A stretch of DNA of 63,379 bases from Guillardia theta CCMP2712 (taxonomy: Eukaryota; Protista; Cryptophyta). The position numbers were made by a program, and so were the translations under genes. The notes below the pieces were generated by a model. That model was not told where the DNA came from, ran no database searches, and saw nothing but the letters and a program-made list of their open reading frames with translations. Of this stretch, positions 10,071 through 20,976 are shown piece after piece (the stretch's first letter is position 1; each line of letters opens with the position of its first letter). The DNA lies in assembly GCF_000315625.1 (NCBI RefSeq), contig NW_005434644.1:445891-509269 (forward strand), read 5' to 3'.

Positions 10071-12611
10071 TCATGTTCGGCATGGGATCCCGCTCGAGGA
10101 GACAGCAGCCTTGACCTGTCCTGCTCGTTAGCAGCCGGCATGCTCGGGGAAGAGAGGACCTCGTCGATGCCGACCTCTCTCCTGTGGAAGATGCCAGCAG
10201 CAAGACCGGCATCGGCGTTGGTGGCCTGAAAGACGTCGATGAAGTGCTGCTTGCATGTCAGGATGCTAGAGGGAACGACTAGTTGCGGATGAGGAGGGGG
10301 CGGGTGTATCTTAGAGGCAGGACTGCAGGAGAGAGCGGAAGGGGTGGAGTAGGCACACGGAGGAAGGAGCAGAGAGGAAGGAAAAGGACAAGAATTGGAC
10401 GGAAAACAAGGTGGAGAAGAGGAAGGAGGGAGTGGGAGTGGGGAGGATAGAAGAAACCGAGGGAGCGTGAGAGGAGAGTGAAGGAGAGGACCTGTGGTTT
10501 GCCGGCTCCGGAGCTTGCGATGACGGGTATGGACACAGAAGCTTTCATCTGCCTGATAAGCGCGATGTCGAAGCCATTGTTCTGCAAAATTACGAATGAG
10601 GAGGAGGAGGAGGAGGAGGAGGAGGAGGAGGAGGAGGAGGAGGAGGAGGAGGAGGAGGAGGAGGAGAGGGAGGTGGTGTTGGAGGAGACATATAGAGGTG
10701 GAACGAGAGCGAGATGAAGGAGGAAGAAGAGGAGATGAAGGGGAGAGTCCAGAGCAACAGGAGACTTCTCACCTGCCCATCTTTGTCGATGCAGTTTAAC
10801 AAGATCTCCCCCGCTCCCAACGCCTCGCACGCCTGACAGAGCAACTGAAGGGAGCAGGGAGACAAGAGGCAGGCGAGGGGGATGGTGAAGAAGCTGCTGA
10901 TGAAGGTGATGATGGCAGGAGTGATCGAGGTAACAAAGAACGAGATCAATATGATGGAGGAGGGGGCGGGGGAGGGCGGGGGGAGAGAGGGGAGAAGAGG
11001 AGGAGGAAGAGTAGTAGTAGCTGTAATAGCAGGAGGAGCAGGAGCAGGAGCAGGAGGAGATGATGATGACGATGGTGGTGGTAGTGGTGAAGATGAAGAC
11101 GGCGCAGACAACGACGACGCCTCTGTGGACCAGCGGCTCAACAGATTCACTCGCTACCTGCGCAAGCTCGAAGGCGTCGAGGTCTCTCACTTCTCTTCCT
11201 CCTTTCACTGTGCACTGATCGAGTGTCAGTGACATTTTATCTCTCATCCCCGTCCTCTCCCTCATCCTCCCTGCATCCCTCCCTCATCCTCCTGCCTCCC
11301 TGCCTCCCTGCCTCATCCCAGCTGCCACTCCTCCTTCTCTCCTCTCCTGACCCTGCTTGCTCTTGTCCTCCGTGCACACTCCCGATCTTTCTCTCTCTCC
11401 TACTGCTCGTCGTCTTTCGTACAATTCCCCTCTCTCTCCCGCCCCCTTGCCTTCCTCGTTTTCACTTGCAACCCCCCCTTCTTGTCCACCTTCCTCTAGC
11501 ACGCCATCACATGCATCTCTGCGAATTTACTCAGTGCTATGAACTTGAAGCTAAGAGATCGACGCTCTATGTCGGCGCTCTCCGCCTCCTGCTCAAGCTC
11601 AGCAGCTGCCGTTGCCCGTGGCGAGAACGCGCTGCCCCTCCTTGCCTTCTTGCTCTCTCCTTGCACGCGAGTCCAGCACTTGCTCTGGAGCCACTTCCCC
11701 AGCTTCTCCTTGAGAACGATGCGCCCAACTCCCTGCTCGTCTGGCATCTTCACGCAGTCTGCCAGCGACATAAACTCCAAGCTCTCCGGAGAGTATAACG
11801 TGTCGTGGAGGTTGCCAACGGCCTTGTCTAGGATCAGCTTGATCGGCTCGCTCGTCACCGACTCGTTCAGAGAAGCTGCATCTTCGATGACTGATGACAG
11901 CTCGCTGACGAGCGGCATGTCCTCTTGACTTGAGGAGATGCTGGCTCCATNNNNNNNNNNNNNNNNNNNNNNNNNNNNNNNNNNNNNNNNNNNNNNNNNN
12001 NNNNNNNNNNNNNNNNNNNNNNNNNNNNNNNNNNNNNNNNNNNNNNNNNNAACCTGACTCCATACACATTCGATATCTGCTCGATGCAAGAACTCCCCAT
12101 CCCTTGACCCCTGCCGCCACTCCCATCATTCTTCTGCATTCTCCCCTCCCTTCCTCCCACTTCCCCCCCGCCCCCCCGCCCCCCCTCCCCAAACTGAGAA
12201 ACCAACTTACTGCTTCCCCCCCCCCTCCTCCAACGAGCTCCTCTCCTCTCCCTTCCCCTGCTCACTTGGTTGATCGGTACTTCTCAGCAGCGTACACAGC
12301 ATCGGAGCCTATCGAGACTTTGTCGGCCCCCGACCTGCAAGGCAACCCGGTCGATGATGAGGCGACAATGACAGGGAAGACGGGAAGGGAATACGACAAG
12401 AGGAGGAGAGGCAGGAGCGAGAGGTAGGGGGATGGTGAGGAGAGGAGAAGAGGAGGGAGAGGAAGGAGGCGAGGAGGGAGGAAGAGGGTCATAGATACTG
12501 TACCTGAAGTAGGAGGTCGCAACATCCAGCGCTGAGTGAAAGACTCCCTTGCTGAAATGGGCGCAAGTTAATGATTCCTGCTGCTGCTACCGCTCCTCCT
12601 CCTCGTACTAT

Positions 12612-12693
<82 letters not shown>

Positions 12694-12933
12694 CCTCTTC
12701 GTCCTCTTGCTTCTGCTACTGCTTCCCATCCCTTCCTCCCTGTCCTGTTGTTCTGTTCTCGTTCTCACTTGCTTCCTCTGCCACCCCTGCCCCAGCCCCC
12801 TTGTTTCCTATCCCTCAATGTTCCCATTCTCTGATCATTCCTGCATCCTCTACCTGTCTGTGTAGTCTCTGATGCCTCCTCCTATACAGAGAGGAACGAA
12901 CACCTGCATCGAAGGTCAAGGGGCGAGAATTAC

Positions 12934-12965
<32 letters not shown>

Positions 12966-15223
12966 CGACGACGACGACGACGACGATGATGACGATGATG
13001 ATGATGATGACGACGACGATGATGATGATGACGATGATGATGATGATGAAGAAGATAATGATGACGATGATGATGACGATGACGACGACGATGATGATGA
13101 ATCTCACATGCTCAGATGTAAGCTCAAGGACGCGAAGCATCGGGGCATCGACGACATCCCCGCGGAAGCTGCAGAGTGGCCAAGGAAGGAAGTTGAGGAG
13201 GTGGACGAAGCGCAGACAGAGAACGACAGAGAGGAGGGAGAGAAGGAGGAGGAAGGGGGGGTGGCGCGAGCGGAGGAGGAGGAGCATCAGCTTGTCAGCG
13301 AGGTAACGTGACTCGAGCTAGTCAACCTTGTGATGTTGAGGAAGGTGACCTCGTCAGCCCCATCGTCGGAATATCTCCTTGCCAACTGAAATCGTCCTCC
13401 CGTTACTCCCTCACCTCCTCCTTTCCCCTCCTCTGCCACGTTCTCCTCCCCACTCCGTTCCCCCCTGCTCCACTTCTCCCCTTCCTGCTCCTTATCGTCC
13501 TTTCTTTTCCCCATTCCTCCCCCCTCTCGATCATCCTCGGCATGCACCTCGACAGGCTTTCCCAAGTTTCGAACTTCACCTCCCTCCTCCTTTTCCCTCA
13601 CGTCGTACTGTAGCAAACGTAAGTGCCTTGACCTCCTCCTCCTCCTCCTCCTCCTGCTCCTGCTCCTCTCCCTCCTCTTCTCTCTCACCTGATCGCCCTT
13701 GGTGACGACAAGATCCCCCGAGTCATTCTCACGCACATCCAGACAGGCTGATAGACCAAGTCACTGAGGAGAGACGAAATATGTGTTGAGAGGACATGGG
13801 GGCAAGGGAGGACAAAAGAGAGGGGAAGAGGAGAGGAGAGGAGAGGAGGAGGAGGAGGAGGAGGAGGAGGAGGAGGAGGAGGAGGAACAGAAAGTTCAAG
13901 AGGGAGTGAAAGAAGAGAAGGGGGGAATCACCAATGATTCGCTTCGCGAGCATCGTTCTTCCTTCGCATGAGATTGGAGGGCAGGCAGGAACGTCAGCCT
14001 GCAGCAGGCAATGATTTGATGGCGAAAGCGAGCAGGACGAGGACGAGGAGCAGCGAGAAGGGAGAAAGACGACGAGGAGAAGCAGTGAGAAGGGAGAAAG
14101 ACGAGGAGGAGAAGGTGGAGTGTCAGGTGCTGGTGGTTGAGGAGGTGGAGGGAGGGAGGAGGCAGAAGGTGAAGGCAGGATGAGAAGAAGGAGAGAAAGT
14201 TGAAATTGACGAGAATGATGACAGTGATTCAGGAGAAAACAATCGCTAGAGAGTGGAAGGATGGGAGGAGGGCGAACCAATGTAGCCTGATCCAGAAATG
14301 ATTTGATCAACTTCAGCCCGTTGGCTCCACCTGCAAGAAGAATGTCACGGGAATGAAAGAAAAGTTGCCCCCTCCTCCTCCTCCTCCTCCATCTCCTCCT
14401 CCTCCTTCTCCTCCTTCTCCTCCTCCTCCATCTCCTCCTCCTCCTCCTCCTCACTCTTTTCGGGGTGGAACTGAGATGCGGACACTCTTCCGTTCTGCAG
14501 CGAGGAGATGAAGGTGTTGCTGTCACTGCAGAACAGGAAGGAGGGTGAGATGGAAAGTCTCTCAGCATCGAGCATGTCTCTTACTTCCCATAGTCTGTCA
14601 CGCTCAAGACCCAGTCTGCGTTCTCGGGAGTGCGGATGGCACGAAAGCTGCCAATCGAGATTCAAAGACCTCCCTCCCTCCCTGCCTCCGCCTCCTCTCT
14701 CTTCCTCCTCTCAGCCTCGCTGTTCTTCTCAAATTCTTCTCTCCTTTTTCTCCCATCCTCCATTATTCTTCCTCTCTTCCTCTTACGAATGAACGAAGTA
14801 GAATCTATCTTCCAGCGGCTTGATGTCTTTCATCATCGGAGCATCTTTCAGAATCCTCAGGCTGTTCCACCCCTGCCAAGCCTCTCCATCAGTGACCTCT
14901 TTTCTCTCTCCTCCTCCTCCTCCTCCCCCTTTCTTCTTCCCTTGCCTCGCCTCCTCCCGCTTTGCCTTGCCACCCGCCCCCCTCCTTCTCTCCCCCCCCG
15001 CTTCTCCTCTCTTCCTGTTCTAGCACCATGTGAGGGACGCTGACGGAGGTGTCGCTGAACTTGCCAACGATGCCGGGAACGATCCCGAGCCCTGCATGGC
15101 GTGACGAGAAGCTCAAGAGGAGCAAGGGGAAGTTCTGACCTGCCAATCCAGGCGTCTCCTCCGATCCTTCAAACAGGGACTGAAAAGAATGATCCATGAG
15201 AAGACAACAGCATCGAGAAACAA

Positions 15224-15265
<42 letters not shown>

Positions 15266-15822
15266 ACGAGGGAACACATCAGTGGATTGTATTGGTAGGC
15301 TGACCTGCATTCCTAGACAAATTCCGTAGAATGCACGGCCGGACTTGAGGTATGCCCTGCAGGGAAAAGAGAGATCACAAGGCAAACAAGGCTACAGGGA
15401 GGAGGAGGAGGAGGAGGAGGAGGAGGAGGAGGAGGGCAGCATCTCACTTGAGAGGTTCGAAGAAGCCCTTCTTATGAAGGTTGTCGATGCAGACCCCGAA
15501 GCTTCCGACGCCTGAGAAAACAGTCAACGGAGGGGTAAAGCACGTTTCGATGAGAGGATGGTTATGAAATGGTTGCCTTAGGATCGGCAGCGGATGAAGA
15601 GATTTTTTCTTCCTCGTTGTACTCCTCCACCCTTCCCCTTCCTCCTCCACAAAGATTTCGCACAAAGGTTGGCCGGGTCTCACCAGGGAAGATGAGGATG
15701 TGTGCTTGACTGATGTCGTCTGCTGTCTTCACATCCTCGATATCGCATCCTGCCCTCACCAGCGCATTCCGCAGTGACCGGATGTTCCCAGCGCCATAGT
15801 CCAGCAGCGATACCCTCACCAT
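10071..15822 (-). CDS. HIS7: Bifunctional imidazole glycerol phosphate synthase HisH-HisF (His7-type), many exons, gap at 11951-12050
   Basis: Exon peptides: MVRVSLLDYGAGNIRS, FSGVGSFG, FYGICLGMQ, SVPHM, SQFHPEKS, LAKRII, VRENDSGDLVVTKGDQ, NLGKPVE, GADEVTFLNIT, GADKVSIGSDAV, QCTVKGGRE, GAGEILLNCIDKDG, IPVIASSGAG, LAAGIFHR. Last exon is VKAAVSSSGIPCRT*. Confidence 0.95.
10598..10665. repeat. (GAG)n intronic microsatellite
   Basis: Direct reading of the sequence. Confidence 0.95.
12612..13100. repeat. (CCTGCT)n and (GAT/GAC)n intronic microsatellites
   Basis: Direct reading of the sequence. Confidence 0.95.
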
Positions 15823-16013
15823 TGCCGCACGTTCAGTCTCCTTCAAGGGGACGGTTCCTTAAAGAGGCTTAAGGCGGTTCCTTGTATTTTGATCTGATCT
15901 AATTTCAAATTATTATGGTTTATTTTAGAATCTTGACGATAAAGTTTCAAAAGTGTATGAAACCATGAGCGTTTCCTTGTGAACCCCCCCCCCCCCCCCT
16001 CTCCACCGTCATC

Positions 16014-16997
16014 ATGTCTCCGAACTTGCGAGCGATGATGGGGAGAGCAGCGAAGAAGGCGAGCATGTTGGGGTCTTCCATGCTGATCCCTCCCCATGCT
16101 CAGCTACGTAACCCGGGATACAGCTTCATGCCCGCAATGGGGATGGCTGGCCATTCAAAGTGGCACAACATCCGGCATAAGAAGGGGGCGGAGGACGCGA
16201 AGAAATCGATCCTTTACACAAGAATCTCGTGAGTTGACGAGTGTTATGGTTGGTTGCCTTTGAGATGTGTTGAACTATCACTCCCTGGAATTATCCACAA
16301 ATGCTCGCAACCCCGACATGATCTGAAATGGCCTCTGGAGGCAAGAGCAGACCCCACGACTCTGACGAGCTTGGTTCCCAGGTCTCAGATTCGCAACGCC
16401 CTGGACCATGGAGGGAACGTACCAACGAACCTGCACCTCCAGAACGTCCTGAAGAAAGCGAAAGACCTCAAGGTCCCCAAGGAGATCATCGAACGATCGA
16501 TCGAGAAGGCTATGCAGGCTAAGTCAGGTGGTGTGGCCGTGTATGAGGGGGTGGGCCCATCAGGCGTCTCTTTCATGGTCCAATGCATCACAGACAACCG
16601 CGCAAGGACATTCAGCCACCTCAAACATCTGTTCTCCAAGCACGGGGGGAACTTGGCGGGCTCCGTTGCGTATAAGTTCAAGAAAGTCGGAGCGATTGAA
16701 TTCCACAACATCTCCAAGGAGCAGGAAGAGGACTTCATGGACAAGGCGATTTCGCTGGGAGCTGAAGAGATTGAAGGAGAAAACGGTGAATTCTCGATTG
16801 AATGCGCTCCTGACAGTTTGGGAACCGTTGTGAAGGGTCTGGAGGAATTAGGATACAGCTGTGAATCGTCACAACTTGCTTTCGTCGCAACAACTCCGAT
16901 TGAAGTATCCGAAGATGCTAGGGATGCGATAAGCTCTTTCGTCGAGGACCTCGAGGGCGATGGAGATGTAGAGGCGGTATATCACGATGCAGTGTAG
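16014..16997 (+). CDS. TACO1: TACO1/YebC family protein with N-terminal organellar (likely mitochondrial) presequence; one intron near 16230-16385
   Basis: Motifs MAGHSKWHNIRHKKG, YEGVGPSGV, TDNRART, GSVAYKF and LEGDGDVEAVYH. The leader is Arg/Ser/Met-rich and lacks acidic residues. Confidence 0.9.
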
Positions 16998-17268
16998 TTA
17001 CCAGATATACTGCTGAGACACGTACGCTTCCAAATGCGCTCCATTACACTTCAATTGAACAATAAAGAACTCTTTTGACGTTCCAGTTAGTCTGACGTAC
17101 GAATTCAGTGTTCTTCTCTTTCAATGGACTTTCGATCTCGATCTCCTTGTCTGTGACGTAGATGATCACAAAATGTCTCTTTGGCTTTTCTAAACATTGA
17201 AGTTTTGATCCATAGGCAAGTTACACAAGTGTTCAAAGAATACTCTTTTATTAATCGCCGTACACAGT

Positions 17269-17439
17269 TTACTCGTAGAGGGACTTGGTGTAGGTGGCGG
17301 TGGCAGCAACGTAGGCATCACGAGCAGCCTTGTAGGGGCCGGTGGCGAGCTTGAGCTCGTTGGCAGCCTTCAAGTAGGCATCGCGGGTGGCGCGGTAGGT
17401 GGTGGCGTAATCCTCGAGGTCAAAGAGAAGGGCGAACAT
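17269..17439 (-). CDS. 56-aa helical microprotein, copy A (candidate ejectisome/Tri-like structural protein)
   Basis: Translates as MFALLFDLEDYATTYRATRDAYLKAANELKLATGPYKAARDAYVAATATYTKSLYE*. Strong C-ending codon bias, a splice acceptor just before the ATG, and an identical protein at 18246-18416. Confidence 0.85.
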   Translation of the reverse strand: MFALLFDLEDYATTYRATRDAYLKAANELKLATGPYKAARDAYVAATATYTKSLYE

Positions 17440-18245
17440 TGCTGAAGAATTCAGTCAGATTTATACCATGAGTGAACAAGAAACTGAGGAGGAAGGGACC
17501 AATGCCAAAATCAAGAGAGAACCATCGATCACAAGACATTCCAGAAGGAAGATATAGATGTAGAACACATTTCACAGGGGAATCAACGATCTTGCGATCG
17601 TAGTTTTGGACATCTGATCACAAAAGAGGAAGAACATGTTTGTTTCATGGTCTACCTGCTTGTGTTGTCTGTTCCCTCTCCTCTGCCTTTTGAATAGCCA
17701 ACTCCTACCCTACCCCTTTCAACACTGTACCCTCCCCACCCCCCATTTCACATTTAGCACCCGACGTCAATTCCCAGCCAATCTGGTCAAAAAGGGGGTA
17801 CAAGCATGAATTCTTTAACCGGTACCCCCGCATTCCTGACCCTACCTACAATTCCCAATAAGGTAGCCCACCAGGGAAAAGAGCTGCATTTGCAGATGCA
17901 AGGACGGGTCCAGCACTCCCTGCTATTTCGGGTGAAAAGGGTTGAGTAAATCATTAGTCAACACAGGGCAGCCCCACATAAAAGCGGCGCTGAGGGCGAG
18001 GGTTCGCATAGCCAGCAAGGTAGGCCAACAAATGCTCACCATGCGAGATGTGCAAGGATGTTGCTGTACATGTCGCTTTCGTTTACGATCCTAGTCCTTT
18101 TGTCATCTTCCCTCTGTGTGACAAGTTCATCTCCTCTCAAATTTTCATTGATGTTCCTTCTTCTTGCCTCTTTGTCGTTTCGCAAGAGTTGCGAGATGTA
18201 TACATGATAACACATCTGATTAAGACTTGACATTGTTCTTGCAGA

Positions 18246-18416
18246 ATGTTCGCCCTTCTCTTTGACCTCGAGGATTACGCCACCACCTACCGCGCCACCC
18301 GCGATGCCTACTTGAAGGCTGCCAACGAGCTCAAGCTCGCCACTGGCCCCTACAAGGCTGCTCGTGATGCCTACGTTGCTGCCACCGCAACTTACACCAA
18401 GTCCCTCTACGAGTAA
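18246..18416 (+). CDS. 56-aa helical microprotein, copy B
   Basis: Same protein as copy A with only synonymous differences (3 seen). Putative 5'-UTR intron at 18020-18244 (aag|gtaggc ... ttgcag|aATG). Confidence 0.85.
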   Translation: MFALLFDLEDYATTYRATRDAYLKAANELKLATGPYKAARDAYVAATATYTKSLYE

Positions 18417-20976
18417 ACTTGTACATAATAAATTCTCATCAAAGCAATTTTTCTCAATTCTCGCGATTGTCTTCTATTGTGGAATTTTCGAGCTTTGATT
18501 ATCAACTATGTAAGCAACTTTGAATCTGGTGGATTGAAAGGGTTGTAGCAATGTGCCTTCGATGTTTGCACTAGGTTGCATTTTACTCTTTCAATGTCAT
18601 GCCAAAGTCTATGGTGTCCTGCTCCCATGACCCATTCGGAACACTCGTTTCAAACTGAGATCAACATTCCAGAGGTTCTTGAATGTACAAAATGCAAGTA
18701 CAATTATGCAAATACAACATGAGTGCGTGCGCTGGAGAGTTATGACAGCAACAAGATGTGGAGGCAAATGAATTTTATCAATTGATCATAGATTAAGTTG
18801 AGCTCTGTAATTTGCTCCACCTGACATGAGTTACAAATTTCATTTTGCAGATTTGATTTGACATCTATCATTTACATCGGGAAAACATCCTCCCCCTCTT
18901 CCTGCTCCTCTTCCCCCGCCTCCTGCTCCTCCTCTGCTCTTCCATCGTTCTCTCATTCTACTTCTCCTCCATACCTCTTTTACGGTACATGGAGCCAGAA
19001 TACATGTCGTCAGAGCGGTAATGCTATACATCGATACAGGTCTCTAATTGAAATACTAAGTGATCTAAAGCAGTATCTGGGAACTTTGCCTCGCACCCTA
19101 ACTGTGTTTTTGCTTGTTCTCTGGAGTATTTGTCCTTCTCATTTTCCATCTGCGATCTGAATGGATGATACACCGATGATAGTTTGACTGTGTCTGATTT
19201 TGTGGAATAAAAGCCACCCATTCGTCTCTGATCTTGTCTGCCCATCACAGCATGACTGTGTTATTGACATAATGCAGTTTGTGTAGAAAGTGAAAGAAGT
19301 CTGTATGCTTCCCCTCCTTTGACATGATCGTTCCTCATCTGATCCTCCCTGCCTCCCTCTCCATGTGATTGTCATTTCCATGCCATGGCTTCTTCTCTTC
19401 TCTCTGCATGCTCATCACTTGATCTCGCTTCCTATTCGCATCCTTGCCAAATCTCAGCAGCTCCTTCCTCTCCTTCCTCTCCTTCCTCTCCTTCCTCGCA
19501 TCCCAGCATCGTCAGACTTCTCATCTTCGGCCAGGTTCACCAGCAGGTTCACCCCTTGTTGGAGCGAGCTCTTCCAATTGAATTTTCAAACATACAACGA
19601 TTCAGAAAAATGCGGACTGAATGAGGGCTTGAAGGTGGGGTGGGGTAGGGTCATGGTCGGGATGGTGGATGATCGGAACCCCGGGGTGGTAGCTACGAGA
19701 GCACTCCATGAATGGGTGGGGGTGATATCACTAAAAGGGGTAGGGGCCCTGCAGGCAAATAATATGATAGGGTAGGGTGTCCAAATACATACGACCGGTG
19801 AAGAGGCGAACAGGCATTGTGACCCTGTAGTATTACAGCAATATTGAGTAAATCAGGGGGTGGGGTCTATGATGTAGCGGCAGCTGTAGAGGGTCTTTCG
19901 ATCTCGAGAGGGTTTTGGAGGTTGATTGGGGTAGGGGGTTCGTCCCGAAAGTTGAATAGAATCCCACTAGGGGTGGTAGCTTGGGCAGATAGCGGTGTAG
20001 GAAGGTGGGGTGGGTGGGAATGGGTAGACCTCTAGAGGCCGGTGCCATGATAACATTCAACCCCCTGAATCGGGACAAAAGGGGGGTAGGTGTGATACGT
20101 ATAGTAGGGTCTAATCTCATAGGGATTTGGGATAATGTGGGGGTAGGGGTGGAATGAGAGGTGGTAGTGGTGGTCTGTTTGGCCGGAAAGCTGTTTGAGA
20201 TGGGAGGAAGGAAACGAAGGGAGAAGAGAGGAATGGAAGAAGAATGCAAGCGAGCAGGGAAGAGAGACACAAGGATATGACGCCCCCTCATGATATTTGA
20301 AAAGGAACGTGTCAAAACAGACAAGATAGGGAATCGGCAACATCGTAAGCTGTTCAGAACTTAAGGTGAAAAATGCTTAGACGAGGCTGAATGTGAAAGC
20401 TAGAAAGAGGAGGCGGAACCCGGGCATTAATGCTCTGTGAGAAAATAGATATAAAACAATGTGTAGAGATAGAGAGGATCAGTTCCACCATGGCGAATGT
20501 TTGGCTAACCGGCTGTTAGGCTGTCAGAGAGTTGTGAAATGCGTGTCAAGGCTATGCTACATAGTGGACGAGATAGGAGCTAGCAGAGTCGATGTAGTGG
20601 AGGTGTCATGAGCCTGAGAGGATGCGATAACTGAGGGTGAGAGTGTGATGGGAAACAAGGGGCTACATCGCGGTGATCATGCAGGGAGCTTTGCCTCGAT
20701 GTGGAATGACATGGGTGTCACAGATGAGGTTTCGCAAGCCCTGTCCTTCTCCAGCAATCCGGCGCATGCCGAGACGGCAAGCTGACTAGGAATTATAGGA
20801 AGCGCATGATCTTTGGTTGATGCTCAGCAACAAGCAGCCCACAACACACATCGCGAAGGTTATGCTTACAATCAACACTCATGAAAGTTCCATGCCTAAC
20901 GGCGAGAGGCTGGCCCAAGTTTGAAAACATCGTCGTCCTTGCGTTTGCTTTTGAAGGAACTCACAGCCAGTGAGGC

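Noticed and set aside
10279-15043. Many ORFs with poly-E/S/P/R/M tracts
   Set aside because: They are translations of intronic microsatellites and purine/pyrimidine tracts inside HIS7, not independent genes.
18840-20343. Short ORFs between the microprotein pair and the HECT gene
   Set aside because: Low-complexity or motif-block translations with no supporting homology or codon signal.
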